Shown piece by piece: positions 48,801 to 63,800 of a DNA stretch of 64,000 nucleotides. The DNA comes from Yuukianura sp. NJ FZ-2021. Lineage: Eukaryota. The position numbers were made by a program, and so were the translations under genes. The number at the start of each line of letters is the position of its first letter. The stretch's first letter is position 1. The notes beneath the pieces were generated by a model that saw nothing but the letters and a program-made list of their open reading frames with translations, was not told where the DNA came from and ran no database searches. Where the stretch lies: NCBI GenBank assembly GCA_046563655.1, contig JAJCTO010000011.1, positions 496,001 to 560,000 of the forward strand, in the 5' to 3' direction.

Positions 48801-51800
48801 TAGCAATTTTAATTTGACGCTATGGAGACAGACTACAAAAATAGGGACATTTGTCTAGTTTGAGGATCTTCAAGTGGTTTTTCGAAACCAGTGTTGTTGA
48901 AAATATTTTTCAACTACGGTCTGATTGAATACTGAGGAACGGAATTGTTCCAAGATAGCAATTTTAATTTGACGCTATGGAGACAGACTACAAAAATAGG
49001 GACATTTGTCTAGTTTGAGGATCTTCAAGTGGTTTTTTGAAACCAGTGTTGTTGAAAATATTTTACAACTAAGGTCTGAAATTCAATCATGAGGAACGGA
49101 ATTGTGCCAAGATAGCAATTTTAATTTGACGCTATGGAGACAGACTACAAAAATAGGGACATTTGTCTAGTTTGAGGATCTTCAAGTGGTTTTTTGAAAC
49201 CAGTGTTGTTGAAAATATTTTTCAACTACGGTCTGATTGAATCCTGAGGAACGGAATTGTGCCAAGATAGCAATTTTAATTTGACGCTATGGAGACAGAC
49301 TACAAAAATAGGGACATTTGTCTAGTTTGAGGATCTTCAAGTGGTTTTTTGAAACCAGTGTTGAAAATATTTTTCAACTAAGGTCTGATTGAATCCTGAG
49401 GAACGGAATTGTGCCAAGATAGCAATTTTAATTTGACGCTATGGAGACAGACTACAAAAATAGGGACATTTGTCTAGTTTGAGGATCTTCAAGTGGTTTT
49501 TTGAAACCAGTGTTGTTGAAAATATTTTTCAACTAAGGTCTGATTGAATCCTGAGGAACGGAATTGTGCCAAGATAGCAATTTTAATTTGACGCTATGGA
49601 GACAGACTACAAAAATAGGGACATTTGTCTAGTTTGAGGATCTTCAAGTGGTTTTTTGAAACCAGTGTTGAAAATATTTTTCAACTAAGGTCTGATTGAA
49701 TCCTGAGGAACGGAATTGTGCCAAGATAGCAATTTTAATTTGACGCTATGGAGACAGACTACAAAAATAGGGACATTTGTCTGGTTTGAGGATCTTCAAG
49801 TGGTTTTTTGAAACCAGTGTTGTTGAAAATATTTTTCAACTAAGGTCTGATTGAATCCTGAGGAACGGAATTGTGCCAAGATAGCAATTTTAATTTGACG
49901 CTATGGAGACAGACTACAAAAATAGGGACATTTGTCTAGTTTGAGGATCTTCAAGTGGTTTTTTGAAACCAGTGTTGAAAATATTTTTCAACTAAGGTCT
50001 GATTGAATCCTGAGGAACGGAATTGTGCCAAGATAGCAATTTTAATTTGACGCTATGGAGACAGACTACAAAAATAGGGACATTTGTCTAGTTTGAGGAT
50101 CTTCAAGTGGTTTTTTGAAACCAGTGTTGTTGAAAATATTTTTCAACTAAGGTCTGAAATTCAATCATAAGCAACGGAATTGTACCAAGATAGCAATTTT
50201 AATTTGACGCTATGGAGACAGACTACAAAAATAGGGACATTTGTCTGGTTTGAGGATCTTCAAGTGGTTTTTTAAAACCAGTGTTGTTGAAAATATTTTT
50301 CAACTAAGGTCTGATTGAATCCTGAGGAACGGAATTGTGCCAAGATAGCAATTTTAATTTGACGCTATGGAGACAGACTACAAAAATAGGGACATTTGTC
50401 TAGTTTGAGGATCTTCAAGTGGTTTTTTGAAACCAGTGTTGAAAATATTTTTCAACTAAGGTGTGATTGAATCCTGAGGAACGGAATTGGGCCAAGATAG
50501 CAATTTTAATTTGACGCTATGGAGACAGACTACAAAAATAGGGACATTTGTCTGGTTTGAGGATCTTCAAGTGGTTTTTTGAAACCAGTGTTGTTGAAAA
50601 TATTTTTCAACTAAGGTCTGATTGAATCCTGAGGAACGGAATTGTGCCAAGATAGCAATTTTAATTTGACGCTATGGAGACAGACTACAAAAATAGGGAC
50701 ATTTGTCTAGTTTGAGGATCTTCAAGTGGTTTTTGAAACCAGTGTTGTTGAAAATATTTTTCAACTAAGGTCTGATTGAATCCTGAGGAACGGAATTGTG
50801 CCAAGATAGCAATTTTAATTTGACGCTATGGAGACAGACTACAAAAATAGGGACATTTGTCTAGTTTGAGGATCTTCAAGTGGTTTTTTGAAACCAGTGT
50901 TGTTGAAAATATTTTTCAACTAAGGTCTGATTGAATCCTGAGGAACGGAATTGTGCCAAGATAGCAATTTTAATTTGACGCTATGGAGACAGACTACAAA
51001 AATAGGGACATTTGTCTAGTTTGAGGATCTTCAAGTGGTTTTTTGAAACCAGTGTTGTTGAAAATATTTTTCAACTAAGGTCTGATTGAATCCTGAGGAA
51101 CGGAATTGTGCCAAGATAGCAATTTTAATTTGACGCTATGGAGACAGACTACAAAAATAGGGACATTTGTCTAGTTTGAGGATCTTCAAGTGGTTTTTTG
51201 AAACCAGTGTTGTTGAAAATATTTTTCAACTAAGGTCTGATTGAATCCTGAGGAACGGAATTGTGCCAAGATAGCAATTTTAATTTGACGCTATGGAGAC
51301 AGACTACAAAAATAGGGACATTTGTCTAGTTTGAGGATCTTCAAGTGGTTTTTTGAAACCAGTGTTGTTGAAAATATTTTTCAACTAAGGTCTGATTGAA
51401 TCCTGAGGAACGGAATTGTGCCAAGATAGCAATTTTAATTTGACGCTATGGAGACAGACTACAAAAATAGGGACATTTGTCTAGTTTGAGGATCTTCAAG
51501 TGGTTTTTTGAAACCAGTGTTGTTGAAAATATTTTTCAACTAAGGTCTGATTGAATCCTGAGGAACGGAATTGTGCCAAGATAGCAATTTTAATTTGACG
51601 CTATGGAGACAGACTACAAAAATAGGGACATTTGTCTAGTTTGAGGATCTTCAAGTGGTTTTTTGAAACCAGTGTTGTTGAAAATATTTTTCAACTAAGG
51701 TCTGATTGAATCCTGAGGAACGGAATTGTGCCAAGATAGCAATTTTAATTTGACGCTATGGAGACAGACTACAAAAATAGGGACATTTGTCTAGTTTGAG

Positions 51801-54800
51801 GATCTTCAAGTGGTTTTTTGAAACCAGTGTTGTTGAAAATATTTTTCAACTAAGGTCTGATTGAATCCTGAGGAACGGAATTGTGCCAAGATAGCAATTT
51901 TAATTTGACGCTATGGAGACAGACTACAAAAATAGGGACATTTGTCTAGTTTGAGGATCTTCAAGTGGTTTTTTGAAACCAGTGTTGTTGAAAATATTTT
52001 TCAACTAAGGTCTGATTGAATCCTGAGGAACGGAATTGTGCCAAGATAGCAATTTTAATTTGACGCTATGGAGACAGACTACAAAAATAGGGACATTTGT
52101 CTAGTTTGAGGATCTTCAAGTGGTTTTTTGAAACCAGTGTTGTTGAAAATATTTTTCAACTAAGGTCTGATTGAATCCTGAGGAACGGAATTGTGCCAAG
52201 ATAGCAATTTTAATTTGACGCTATGGAGACAGACTACAAAAATAGGGACATTTGTCTAGTTTGAGGATCTTCAAGTGGTTTTTTGAAACCAGTGTTGTTG
52301 AAAATATTTTTCAACTAAGGTCTGATTGAATCCTGAGGAACGGAATTGTGCCAAGATAGCAATTTTAATTTGACGCTATGGAGACAGACTACAAAAATAG
52401 GGACATTTGTCTAGTTTGAGGATCTTCAAGTGGTTTTTTGAAACCAGTGTTGTTGAAAATATTTTTCAACTAAGGTCTGATTGAATCCTGAGGAACGGAA
52501 TTGTGCCAAGATAGCAATTTTAATTTGACGCTATGGAGACAGACTACAAAAATAGGGACATTTGTCTAGTTTGAGGATCTTCAAGTGGTTTTTTGAAACC
52601 AGTGTTGTTGAAAATATTTTTCAACTAAGGTCTGATTGAATCCTGAGGAACGGAATTGTGCCAAGATAGCAATTTTAATTTGACGCTATGGAGACAGACT
52701 ACAAAAATAGGGACATTTGTCTAGTTTGAGGATCTTCAAGTGGTTTTTTAAAACCAGTGTTGTTGAAAATATTTTTCAACTAAGGTCTGATTGAATCCTG
52801 AGGAACGGAATTGTGCCAAGATAGCAATTTTAATTTGACGCTATGGAGACAGACTACAAAAATAGGGACATTTGTCTAGTTTGAGGATCTTCAAGTGGTT
52901 TTTTGAAACCAGTGTTGTTGAAAATATTTTTCAACTAAGGTCTGATTGAATCCTGAGGAACGGAATTGTGCCAAGATAGCAATTTTAATTTGACGCTATG
53001 GAGACAGACTACAAAAATAGGGACATTTGTCTAGTTTGAGGATCTTCAAGTGGTTTTTTGAAACCAGTGTTGTTGAAAATATTTTTCAACTAAGGTCTGA
53101 TTGAATCCTGAGGAACGGAATTGTGCCAAGATAGCAATTTTAATTTGACGCTATGGAGACAGACTACAAAAATAGGGACATTTGTCTAGTTTGAGGATCT
53201 TCAAGTGGTTTTTTGAAACCAGTGTTGTTGAAAATATTTTTCAACTAAGGTCTGATTGAATCCTGAGGAACGGAATTGTGCCAAGATAGCAATTTTAATT
53301 TGACGCTATGGAGACAGACTACAAAAATAGGGACATTTGTCTAGTTTGAGGATCTTCAAGTGGTTTTTTGAAACCAGTGTTGTTGAAAATATTTTTCAAC
53401 TAAGGTCTGATTGAATCCTGAGGAACGGAATTGTGCCAAGATAGCAATTTTAATTTGACGCTATGGAGACAGACTACAAAAATAGGGACATTTGTCTAGT
53501 TTGAGGATCTTCAAGTGGTTTTTTGAAACCAGTGTTGTTGAAAATATTTTTCAACTAAGGTCTGATTGAATCCTGAGGAACGGAATTGTGCCAAGATAGC
53601 AATTTTAATTTGACGCTATGGAGACAGACTACAAAAATAGGGACATTTGTCTAGTTTGAGGATCTTCAAGTGGTTTTTTGAAACCAGTGTTGTTGAAAAT
53701 ATTTTTCAACTAAGGTCTGATTGAATCCTGAGGAACGGAATTGTGCCAAGATAGCAATTTTAATTTGACGCTATGGAGACAGACTACAAAAATAGGGACA
53801 TTTGTCTAGTTTGAGGATCTTCAAGTGGTTTTTTGAAACCAGTGTTGTTGAAAATATTTTTCAACTAAGGTCTGATTGAATCCTGAGGAACGGAATTGTG
53901 CCAAGATAGCAATTTTAATTTGACGCTATGGAGACAGACTACAAAAATAGGGACATTTGTCTAGTTTGAGGATCTTCAAGTGGTTTTTTGAAACCAGTGT
54001 TGAAAATATTTTTCAACTAAGGTCTGATTGAATCCTGAGGAACGGAATTGTGCCAAGATAGCAATTTTAATTTGACGCTATGGAGACAGACTACAAAAAT
54101 AGGGACATTTGTCTAGTTTGAGGATCTTCAAGTGGTTTTTTGAAACCAGTGTTGTTGAAAATATTTTTCAACTAAGGTCTGATTGAATCCTGAGGAACGG
54201 AATTGTGCCAAGATAGCAATTTTAATTTGACGCTATGGAGACAGACTACAAAAATAGGGACATTTGTCTAGTTTGAGGATCTTCAAGTGGTTTTTTGAAA
54301 CCAGTGTTGTTGAAAATATTTTTCAACTAAGGTCTGATTGAATCCTGAGGAACGGAATTGTGCCAAGATAGCAATTTTAATTTGACGCTATGGAGACAGA
54401 CTACAAAAATAGGGACATTTGTCTAGTTTGAGGATCTTCAAGTGGTTTTTTGAAACCAGTGTTGTTGAAAATATTTTTCAACTAAGGTCTGATTGAATCC
54501 TGAGGAACGGAATTGTGCCAAGATAGCAATTTTAATTTGACGCTATGGAGACAGACTACAAAAATAGGGACATTTGTCTAGTTTGAGGATCTTCAAGTGG
54601 TTTTTTGAAACCAGTGTTGTTGAAAATATTTTTCAACTAAGGTCTGATTGAATCCTGAGGAACGGAATTGTGCCAAGATAGCAATTTTAATTTGACGCTA
54701 TGGAGACAGACTACAAAAATAGGGACATTTGTCTAGTTTGAGGATCTTCAAGTGGTTTTTTGAAACCAGTGTTGTTGAAAATATTTTTCAACTAAGGTCT

Positions 54801-57800
54801 GATTGAATCCTGAGGAACGGAATTGTGCCAAGATAGCAATTTTAATTTGACGCTATGGAGACAGACTACAAAAATAGGGACATTTGTCTAGTTTGAGGAT
54901 CTTCAAGTGGTTTTTTGAAACCAGTGTTGTTGAAAATATTTTTCAACTAAGGTCTGATTGAATCCTGAGGAACGGAATTGTGCCAAGATAGCAATTTTAA
55001 TTTGACGCTATGGAGACAGACTACAAAAATAGGGACATTTGTCTAGTTTGAGGATCTTCAAGTGGTTTTTTGAAACCAGTGTTGTTGAAAATATTTTTCA
55101 ACTAAGGTCTGATTGAATCCTGAGGAACGGAATTGTGCCAAGATAGCAATTTTAATTTGACGCTATGGAGACAGACTACAAAAATAGGGACATTTGTCTA
55201 GTTTGAGGATCTTCAAGTGGTTTTTTGAAACCAGTGTTGTTGAAAATATTTTTCAACTAAGGTCTGATTGAATCCTGAGGAACGGAATTGTGCCAAGATA
55301 GCAATTTTAATTTGACGCTATGGAGACAGACTACAAAAATAGGGACATTTGTCTAGTTTGAGGATCTTCAAGTGGTTTTTTGAAACCAGTGTTGTTGAAA
55401 ATATTTTTCAACTAAGGTCTGATTGAATCCTGAGGAACGGAATTGTGCCAAGATAGCAATTTTAATTTGACGCTATGGAGACAGACTACAAAAATAGGGA
55501 CATTTGTCTAGTTTGAGGATCTTCAAGTGGTTTTTTGAAACCAGTGTTGTTGAAAATATTTTTCAACTAAGGTCTGAAATTCAATCCTGAGGAACGGAAT
55601 TGTGCCAAGATAGCAATTTTAATTTGACGCTATGGAGACAGACTACAAAAATAGGGACATTTGTCTAGTTTGAGGATCTTCAAGTGGTTTTTTGAAACCA
55701 GTGTTGTTGAAAATATTTTTCAACTAAGGTCTGATTGAATCCTGAGGAACGGAATTGTGCCAAGATAGCAATTTTAATTTGACGCTATGGAGACAGACTA
55801 CAAAAATAGGGACATTTGTCTAGTTTGAGGATCTTCAAGTGGTTTTTTGAAACCAGTGTTGTTGAAAATATTTTTCAACTAAGGTCTGATTGAATCCTGA
55901 GGAACGGAATTGTGCCAAGATAGCAATTTTAATTTGACGCTATGGAGACAGACTACAAAAATAGGGACATTTGTCTAGTTTGAGGATCTTCAAGTGGTTT
56001 TTTGAAACCAGTGTTGTTGAAAATATTTTTCAACTAAGGTCTGATTGAATCCTGAGGAACGGAATTGTGCCAAGATAGCAATTTTAATTTGACGCTATGG
56101 AGACAGACTACAAAAATAGGGACATTTGTCTAGTTTGAGGATCTTCAAGTGGTTTTTTGAAACCAGTGTTGTTGAAAATATTTTTCAACTAAGGTCTGAT
56201 TGAATCCTGAGGAACGGAATTGTGCCAAGATAGCAATTTTAATTTGACGCTATGGAGACAGACTACAAAAATAGGGACATTTGTCTAGTTTGAGGATCTT
56301 CAAGTGGTTTTTTGAAACCAGTGTTGTTGAAAATATTTTTCAACTAAGGTCTGATTGAATCCTGAGGAACGGAATTGTGCCAAGATAGCAATTTTAATTT
56401 GACGCTATGGAGACAGACTACAAAAATAGGGACATTTGTCTAGTTTGAGGATCTTCAAGTGGTTTTTTGAAACCAGTGTTGTTGAAAATATTTTTCAACT
56501 AAGGTCTGATTGAATCCTGAGGAACGGAATTGTGCCAAGATAGCAATTTTAATTTGACGCTATGGAGACAGACTACAAAAATAGGGACATTTGTCTAGTT
56601 TGAGGATCTTCAAGTGGTTTTTTGAAACCAGTGTTGTTGAAAATATTTTTCAACTAAGGTCTGAAATTCAATCCTGAGGAACGGAATTGTGCCAAGATAG
56701 CAATTTTAATTTGACGCTATGGAGACAGACTACAAAAATAGGGACATTTGTCTGGTTTGAGGATCTTCAAGTGGTTTTTTAAAACCAGTGTTGTTGAAAA
56801 TATTTTTCAACTAAGGTCTGATTGAATCCTGAGGAACGGAATTGTGCCAAGATAGCAATTTTAATTTGACGCTATGGAGACAGACTACAAAAATAGGGAC
56901 ATTTGTCTAGTTTGAGGATCTTCAAGTGGTTTTTTGAAACCAGTGTTGTTGAAAATATTTTTCAACTAAGGTCTGATTGAATCCTGAGGAACGGAATTGT
57001 GCCAAGATAGCAATTTTAATTTGACGCTATGGAGACAGACTACAAAAATAGGGACATTTGTCTGGTTTGAGGATCTTCAAGTGGTTTTTTGAAACCAGTG
57101 TTGTTGAAAATATTTTTCAACTAAGGTCTGATTGAATCCTGAGGAACGGAATTGTGCCAAGATAGCAATTTTAATTTGACGCTATGGAGACAGACTACAA
57201 AAATAGGGACATTTGTCTAGTTTGAGGATCTTCAAGTGGTTTTTTGAAACCAGTGTTGTTGAAAATATTATTCAACTAAGGTCTGATTGAATCCTGAAGA
57301 ACGGAATTGTGCCAAGATAGCAATTTTAATTTGACGCTATGGAGACAGACTACAAAAATAGGGACATTTGTCTAGTTTGAGGATCTTCAAGTGGTTTTTT
57401 GAAACCAGTGTTGTTGAAAATATTTTTCAACTAAGGTCTGATTGAATCCTGAGGAACGGAATTGTGCCAAGATAGCAATTTTAATTTGACGCTATGGAGA
57501 CAGACTACAAAAATAGGGACATTTGTCTAGTTTGAGGATCTTCAAGTGGTTTTTTGAAACCAGTGTTGTTGAAAATATTTTTCAACTAAGGTCTGATTGA
57601 ATCCTGAGGAACGGAATTGTGCCAAGATAGCAATTTTAATTTGACGCTATGGAGACAGACTACAAAAATAGGGACATTTGTCTGGTTTGAGGATCTTCAA
57701 GTGGTTTTTTAAAACCAGTGTTGTTGAAAATATTTTTCAACTAAGGTCTGATTGAATCCTGAGGAACGGAATTGTGCCAAGATAGCAATTTTAATTTGAC

Positions 57801-60800
57801 GCTATGGAGACAGACTACAAAAATAGGGACATTTGTCTAGTTTGAGGATCTTCAAGTGGTTTTTTGAAACCAGTGTTGTTGAAAATATTTTTCAACTAAG
57901 GTCTGATTGAATCCTGAGGAACGGAATTGTGCCAAGATAGCAATTTTAATTTGACGCTATGGAGACAGACTACAAAAATAGGGACATTTGTCTAGTTTGA
58001 GGATCTTCAAGTGGTTTTTTGAAACCAGTGTTGAAAATATTTTTCAACTAAGGTCTGATTGAATCCTGAGGAACGGAATTGTGCCAAGATAGCAATTTTA
58101 ATTTGACGCTATGGAGACAGACTACAAAAATAGGGACATTTGTCTGGTTTGAGGATCTTCAAGTGGTTTTTTGAAACCAGTGTTGTTGAAAATATTTTTC
58201 AACTAAGGTCTGATTGAATCCTGAGGAACGGAATTGTGCCAAGATAGCAATTTTAATTTGACGCTATGGAGACAGACTACAAAAATAGGGACATTTGTCT
58301 AGTTTGAGGATCTTCAAGTGGTTTTTTGAAACCAGTGTTGTTGAAAATATTTTTCAACTAAGGTCTGATTGAATCCTGAGGAACGGAATTGTGCCAAGAT
58401 AGCAATTTTAATTTGACGCTATGGAGACAGACTACAAAAATAGGGACATTTGTCTAGTTTGAGGATCTTCAAGTGGTTTTTTGAAACCAGTGTTGTTGAA
58501 AATATTTTTCAACTAAGGTCTGAAATTCAATCATAAGCAACGGAATTGTACCAAGATAGCAATTTTAATTTGACGCTATGGAGACAGACTACAAAAATAG
58601 GGACATTTGTCTGGTTTGAGGATCTTCAAGTGGTTTTTTAAAACCAGTGTTGTTGAAAATATTTTTCAACTAAGGTCTGATTGAATCCTGAGGAACGGAA
58701 TTGTGCCAAGATAGCAATTTTAATTTGACGCTATGGAGACAGACTACAAAAATAGGGACATTTGTCTAGTTTGAGGATCTTCAAGTGGTTTTTTGAAACC
58801 AGTGTTGGGAGACAGACTACAAAAATAGGGACATTTGTCTAGTTTGAGGATCTTCAAGTGGTTTTTGAAACCAGTGTTGTTGAAAATATTTTTCAACTAA
58901 GGTGTGATTGAATCCTGAGGAACGGAATTGGGCCAAGATAGCAATTTTAATTTGACGCTATGGAGACAGACTACAAAAATAGGGACATTTGTCTGGTTTG
59001 AGGATCTTCAAGTGGTTTTTTGAAACCAGTGTTGTTGAAAATATTTTTCAACTAAGGTCTGATTGAATCCTGAGGAACGGAATTGTGCCAAGATAGCAAT
59101 TTTAATTTGACGCTATGGAGACAGACTACAAAAATAGGGACATTTGTCTAGTTTGAGGATCTTCAAGTGGTTTTTTGAAACCAGTGTTGTTGAAAATATT
59201 ATTCAACTAAGGTCTGATTGAATCCTGAAGAACGGAATTGTGCCAAGATAGCAATTTTAATTTGACGCTATGGAGACAGACTACAAAAATAGGGACATTT
59301 GTCTAGTTTGAGGATCTTCAAGTGGTTTTTTGAAACCAGTGTTGTTGAAAATATTTTTCAACTAAGGTCTGATTGAATCCTGAGGAACGGAATTGTGCCA
59401 AGATAGCAATTTTAATTTGACGCTATGGAGACAGACTACAAAAATAGGGACATTTGTCTAGTTTGAGGATCTTCAAGTGGTTTTTTGAAACCAGTGTTGA
59501 AAATATTTTTCAACTAAGGTCTGATTGAATCCTGAGGAACGGAATTGTGCCAAGATAGCAATTTTAATTTGACGCTATGGAGACAGACTACAAAAATAGG
59601 GACATTTGTCTGGTTTGAGGATCTTCAAGTGGTTTTTTAAAACCAGTGTTGTTGAAAATATTTTTCAACTAAGGTCTGATTGAATCCTGAGGAACGGAAT
59701 TGTGCCAAGATAGCAATTTTAATTTGACGCTATGGAGACAGACTACAAAAATAGGGACATTTGTCTAGTTTGAGGATCTTCAAGTGGTTTTTTGAAACCA
59801 GTGTTGTTGAAAATATTTTTCAACTAAGGTCTGATTGAATCCTGAGGAACGGAATTGTGCCAAGATAGCAATTTTAATTTGACGCTATGGAGACAGACTA
59901 CAAAAATAGGGACATTTGTCTAGTTTGAGGATCTTCAAGTGGTTTTTTGAAACCAGTGTTGTTGAAAATATTTTTCAACTAAGGTCTGATTGAATCCTGA
60001 GGAACGGAATTGTGCCAAGATAGCAATTTTAATTTGACGCTATGGAGACAGACTACAAAAATAGGGACATTTGTTTAGTTTGAGGATCTTCAAGTGGTTT
60101 TTGAAAACCAGTGTTGTTGAAAATATTTTTCAACTAAGGTCTGATTGAATCCTGAGGAACGGAATTGTGCCAAGATAGCAATTTTAATTTGACGCTATGG
60201 AGACAGACTACAAAAATAGGGACATTTGTCTAGTTTGAGGATCTTCAAGTGGTTTTTTGAAACCAGTGTTGTTGAAAATATTTTTCAACTAAGGTCTGAT
60301 TGAATCCTGAGGAACGGAATTGTGCCAAGATAGCAATTTTAATTTGACGCTATGGAGACAGACTACAAAAATAGGGACATTTGTCTAGTTTGAGGATCTT
60401 CAAGTGGTTTTTTGAAACCAGTGTTGTTGAAAATATTTTTCAACTAAGGTCTGAAATTCAATCATGAGGAACGGAATTGTACCAAGATAGCAATTTTAAT
60501 TTGACGCTATGGAGACAGACTACAAAAATAGGGACATTTGTCTAGTTTGAGGATCTTCAAGTGGTTTTTTGAAACCAGTGTTGTTGAAAATATTTTTCAA
60601 CTAAGGTCTGATTGAATCCTGAGGAACGGAATTGTGCCAAGATAGCAATTTTAATTTGACGCTATGGAGACAGACTACAAAAATAGGGACATTTGTCTAG
60701 TTTGAGGATCTTCAAGTGGTTTTTTGAAACCAGTGTTGTTGAAAATATTTTTCAACTAAGGTCTGAAATTCAATCATGAGGAACGGAATTGTACCAAGAT

Positions 60801-63800
60801 AGCAATTTTAATTTGACGCTATGGAGACAGACTACAAAAATAGGGACATTTGTCTAGTTTGAGGATCTTCAAGTGGTTTTTCGAAACCAGTGTTGTTGAA
60901 AATATTTTTCAACTAAGGTCTGATTGAATCCTGAGGAACGGAATTGTGCCAAGATAGCAATTTTAATTTGACGCTATGGAGACAGACTACAAAAATAGGG
61001 ACATTTGTCTAGTTTGAGGATCTTCAAGTGGTTTTTTGAAACCAGTGTTGTTGAAAATATTTTTCAACTAAGGTCTGATTGAATCCTGAGGAACGGAATT
61101 GTGCCAAGATAGCAATTTTAATTTGACGCTATGGAGACAGACTACAAAAATAGGGACATTTGTCTAGTTTGAGGATCTTCAAGTGGTTTTTTAAAACCAG
61201 TGTTGTTGAAAATATTTTTCAACTAAGGTCTGATTGAATCCTGAGGAACGGAATTGTGCCAAGATAGCAATTTTAATTTGACGCTATGGAGACAGACTAC
61301 AAAAATAGGGACATTTGTCTAGTTTGAGGATCTTCAAGTGGTTTTTTGAAACCAGTGTTGTTGAAAATATTTTTCAACTAAGGTCTGATTGAATCCTGAG
61401 GAACGGAATTGTGCCAAGATAGCAATTTTAATTTGACGCTATGGAGACAGACTACAAAAATAGGGACATTTGTCTAGTTTGAGGATCTTCAAGTGGTTTT
61501 TCGAAACCAGTGTTGTTGAAAATATTTTTCAACTAAGGTCTGATTGAATCCTGAGGAACGGAATTGTGCCAAGATAGCAATTTTAATTTGACGCTATGGA
61601 GACAGACTACAAAAATAGGGACATTTGTCTAGTTTGAGGATCTTCAAGTGGTTTTTTGAAACCAGTGTTGTTGAAAATATTTTTCAACTAAGGTCTGAAA
61701 TTCAATCATGAGGAACGGAATTGTACCAAGATAGCAATTTTAATTTGACGCTATGGAGACAGACTACAAAAATAGGGACATTTGTCTAGTTTGAGGATCT
61801 TCAAGTGGTTTTTTGAAACCAGTGTTGTTGAAAATATTTTTCAACTAAGGTCTGATTGAATCCTGAGGAACGGAATTGTGCCAAGATAGCAATTTTAATT
61901 TGACGCTATGGAGACAGACTACAAAAATAGGGACATTTGTCTAGTTTGAGGATCTTCAAGTGGTTTTTTGAAACCAGTGTTGAAAATATTTTTCAACTAA
62001 GGTCTGATTGAATCCTGAGGAACGGAATTGTGCCAAGATAGCAATTTTAATTTGACGCTATGGAGACAGACTACAAAAATAGGGACATTTGTCTAGTTTG
62101 AGGATCTTCAAGTGGTTTTTTGAAACCAGTGTTGTTGAAAATATTTTTCAACTAAGGTCTGATTGAATCCTGAGGAACGGAATTGTGCCAAGATAGCAAT
62201 TTTAATTTGACGCTATGGAGACAGACTACAAAAATATGGGACATTTGTCTAGTTTGAGGATCTTCAAGTGGTTTTTCGAAACCAGTGTTGTTGAAAATAT
62301 TTTTCAACTAAGGTCTGATTGAATCCTGAGGAACGGAATTGTGCCAAGATAGCAATTTTAATTTGACGCTATGGAGACAGACTACAAAAATAGGGACATT
62401 TGTCTAGTTTGAGGATCTTCAAGTGGTTTTTTGAAACCAGTGTTGTTGAAAATATTTTTCAACTAAGGTCTGATTGAATCCTGAGGAACGGAATTGTGCC
62501 AAGATAGCAATTTTAATTTGACGCTATGGAGACAGACTACAAAAATAGGGACATTTGTCTAGTTTGAGGATCTTCAAGTGGTTTTTTGAAACCAGTGTTG
62601 TTGAAAATATTTTTCAACTAAGGTCTGATTGAATCCTGAGGAACGGAATTGTGCCAAGATAGCAATTTTAATTTGACGCTATGGAGACAGACTACAAAAA
62701 TAGGGACATTTGTCTAGTTTGAGGATCTTCAAGTGGTTTTTTGAAACCAGTGTTGTTGAAAATATTTTTCAACTAAGGTCTGAAATTCAATCATGAGGAA
62801 CGGAATTGTGCCAAGATAGCAATTTTAATTTGACGCTATGGAGACAGACTACAAAAATAGGGACATTTGTCTAGTTTGAGGATCTTCAAGTGGTTTTTTG
62901 AAACCAGTGTTGTTGAAAATATTTTTCAACTAAGGTCTGATTGAATCCTGAGGAACGGAATTGTGCCAAGATAGCAATTTTAATTTGACGCTATGGAGAC
63001 AGACTACAAAAATAGGGACATTTGTCTAGTTTGAGGATCTTCAAGTGGTTTTTTGAAACCAGTGTTGTTGAAAATATTTTTCAACTAAGGTCTGATTGAA
63101 TCCTGAGGAACGGAATTGTGCCAAGATAGCAATTTTAATTTGACGCTATGGAGACAGACTACAAAAATAGGGACATTTGTCTAGTTTGAGGATCTTCAAG
63201 TGGTTTTTTGAAACCAGTGTTGTTGAAAATATTTTTCAACTAAGGTCTGAAATTCAATCATGAGGAACGGAATTGTACCACGATAGCAATTTTAATTTGA
63301 CGCTATGGAGACAGACTACAAAAATAGGGACATTTGTCTAGTTTGAGGATCTTCAAGTGGTTTTTTGAAACCAGTGTTGAAAATATTTTCAACTAAGGTC
63401 TGATTGAATCCTGAGGAACGGAATTGTGCCAAGATAGCAATTTTAATTTGACGCTATGGAGACAGACTACAAAAATAGGGACATTTGTCTAGTTTGAGGA
63501 TCTTCAAGTGGTTTTTTGAAACCAGTGTTGTTGAAAATATTTTTCAACTAAGGTCTGATTGAATCCTGAGGAACGGAATTGTGCCAAGATAGCAATTTTA
63601 ATTTGACGCTATGGAGACAGACTACAAAAATAGGGACATTTGTCTAGTTTGAGGATCTTCAAGTGGTTTTTTGAAACCAGTGTTGTTGAAAATATTTTTC
63701 AACTAAGGTCTGATTGAATCCTGAGGAACGGAATTGTGCCAAGATAGCAATTTTAATTTGACGCTATGGAGACAGACTACAAAAATAGGGACATTTGTCT

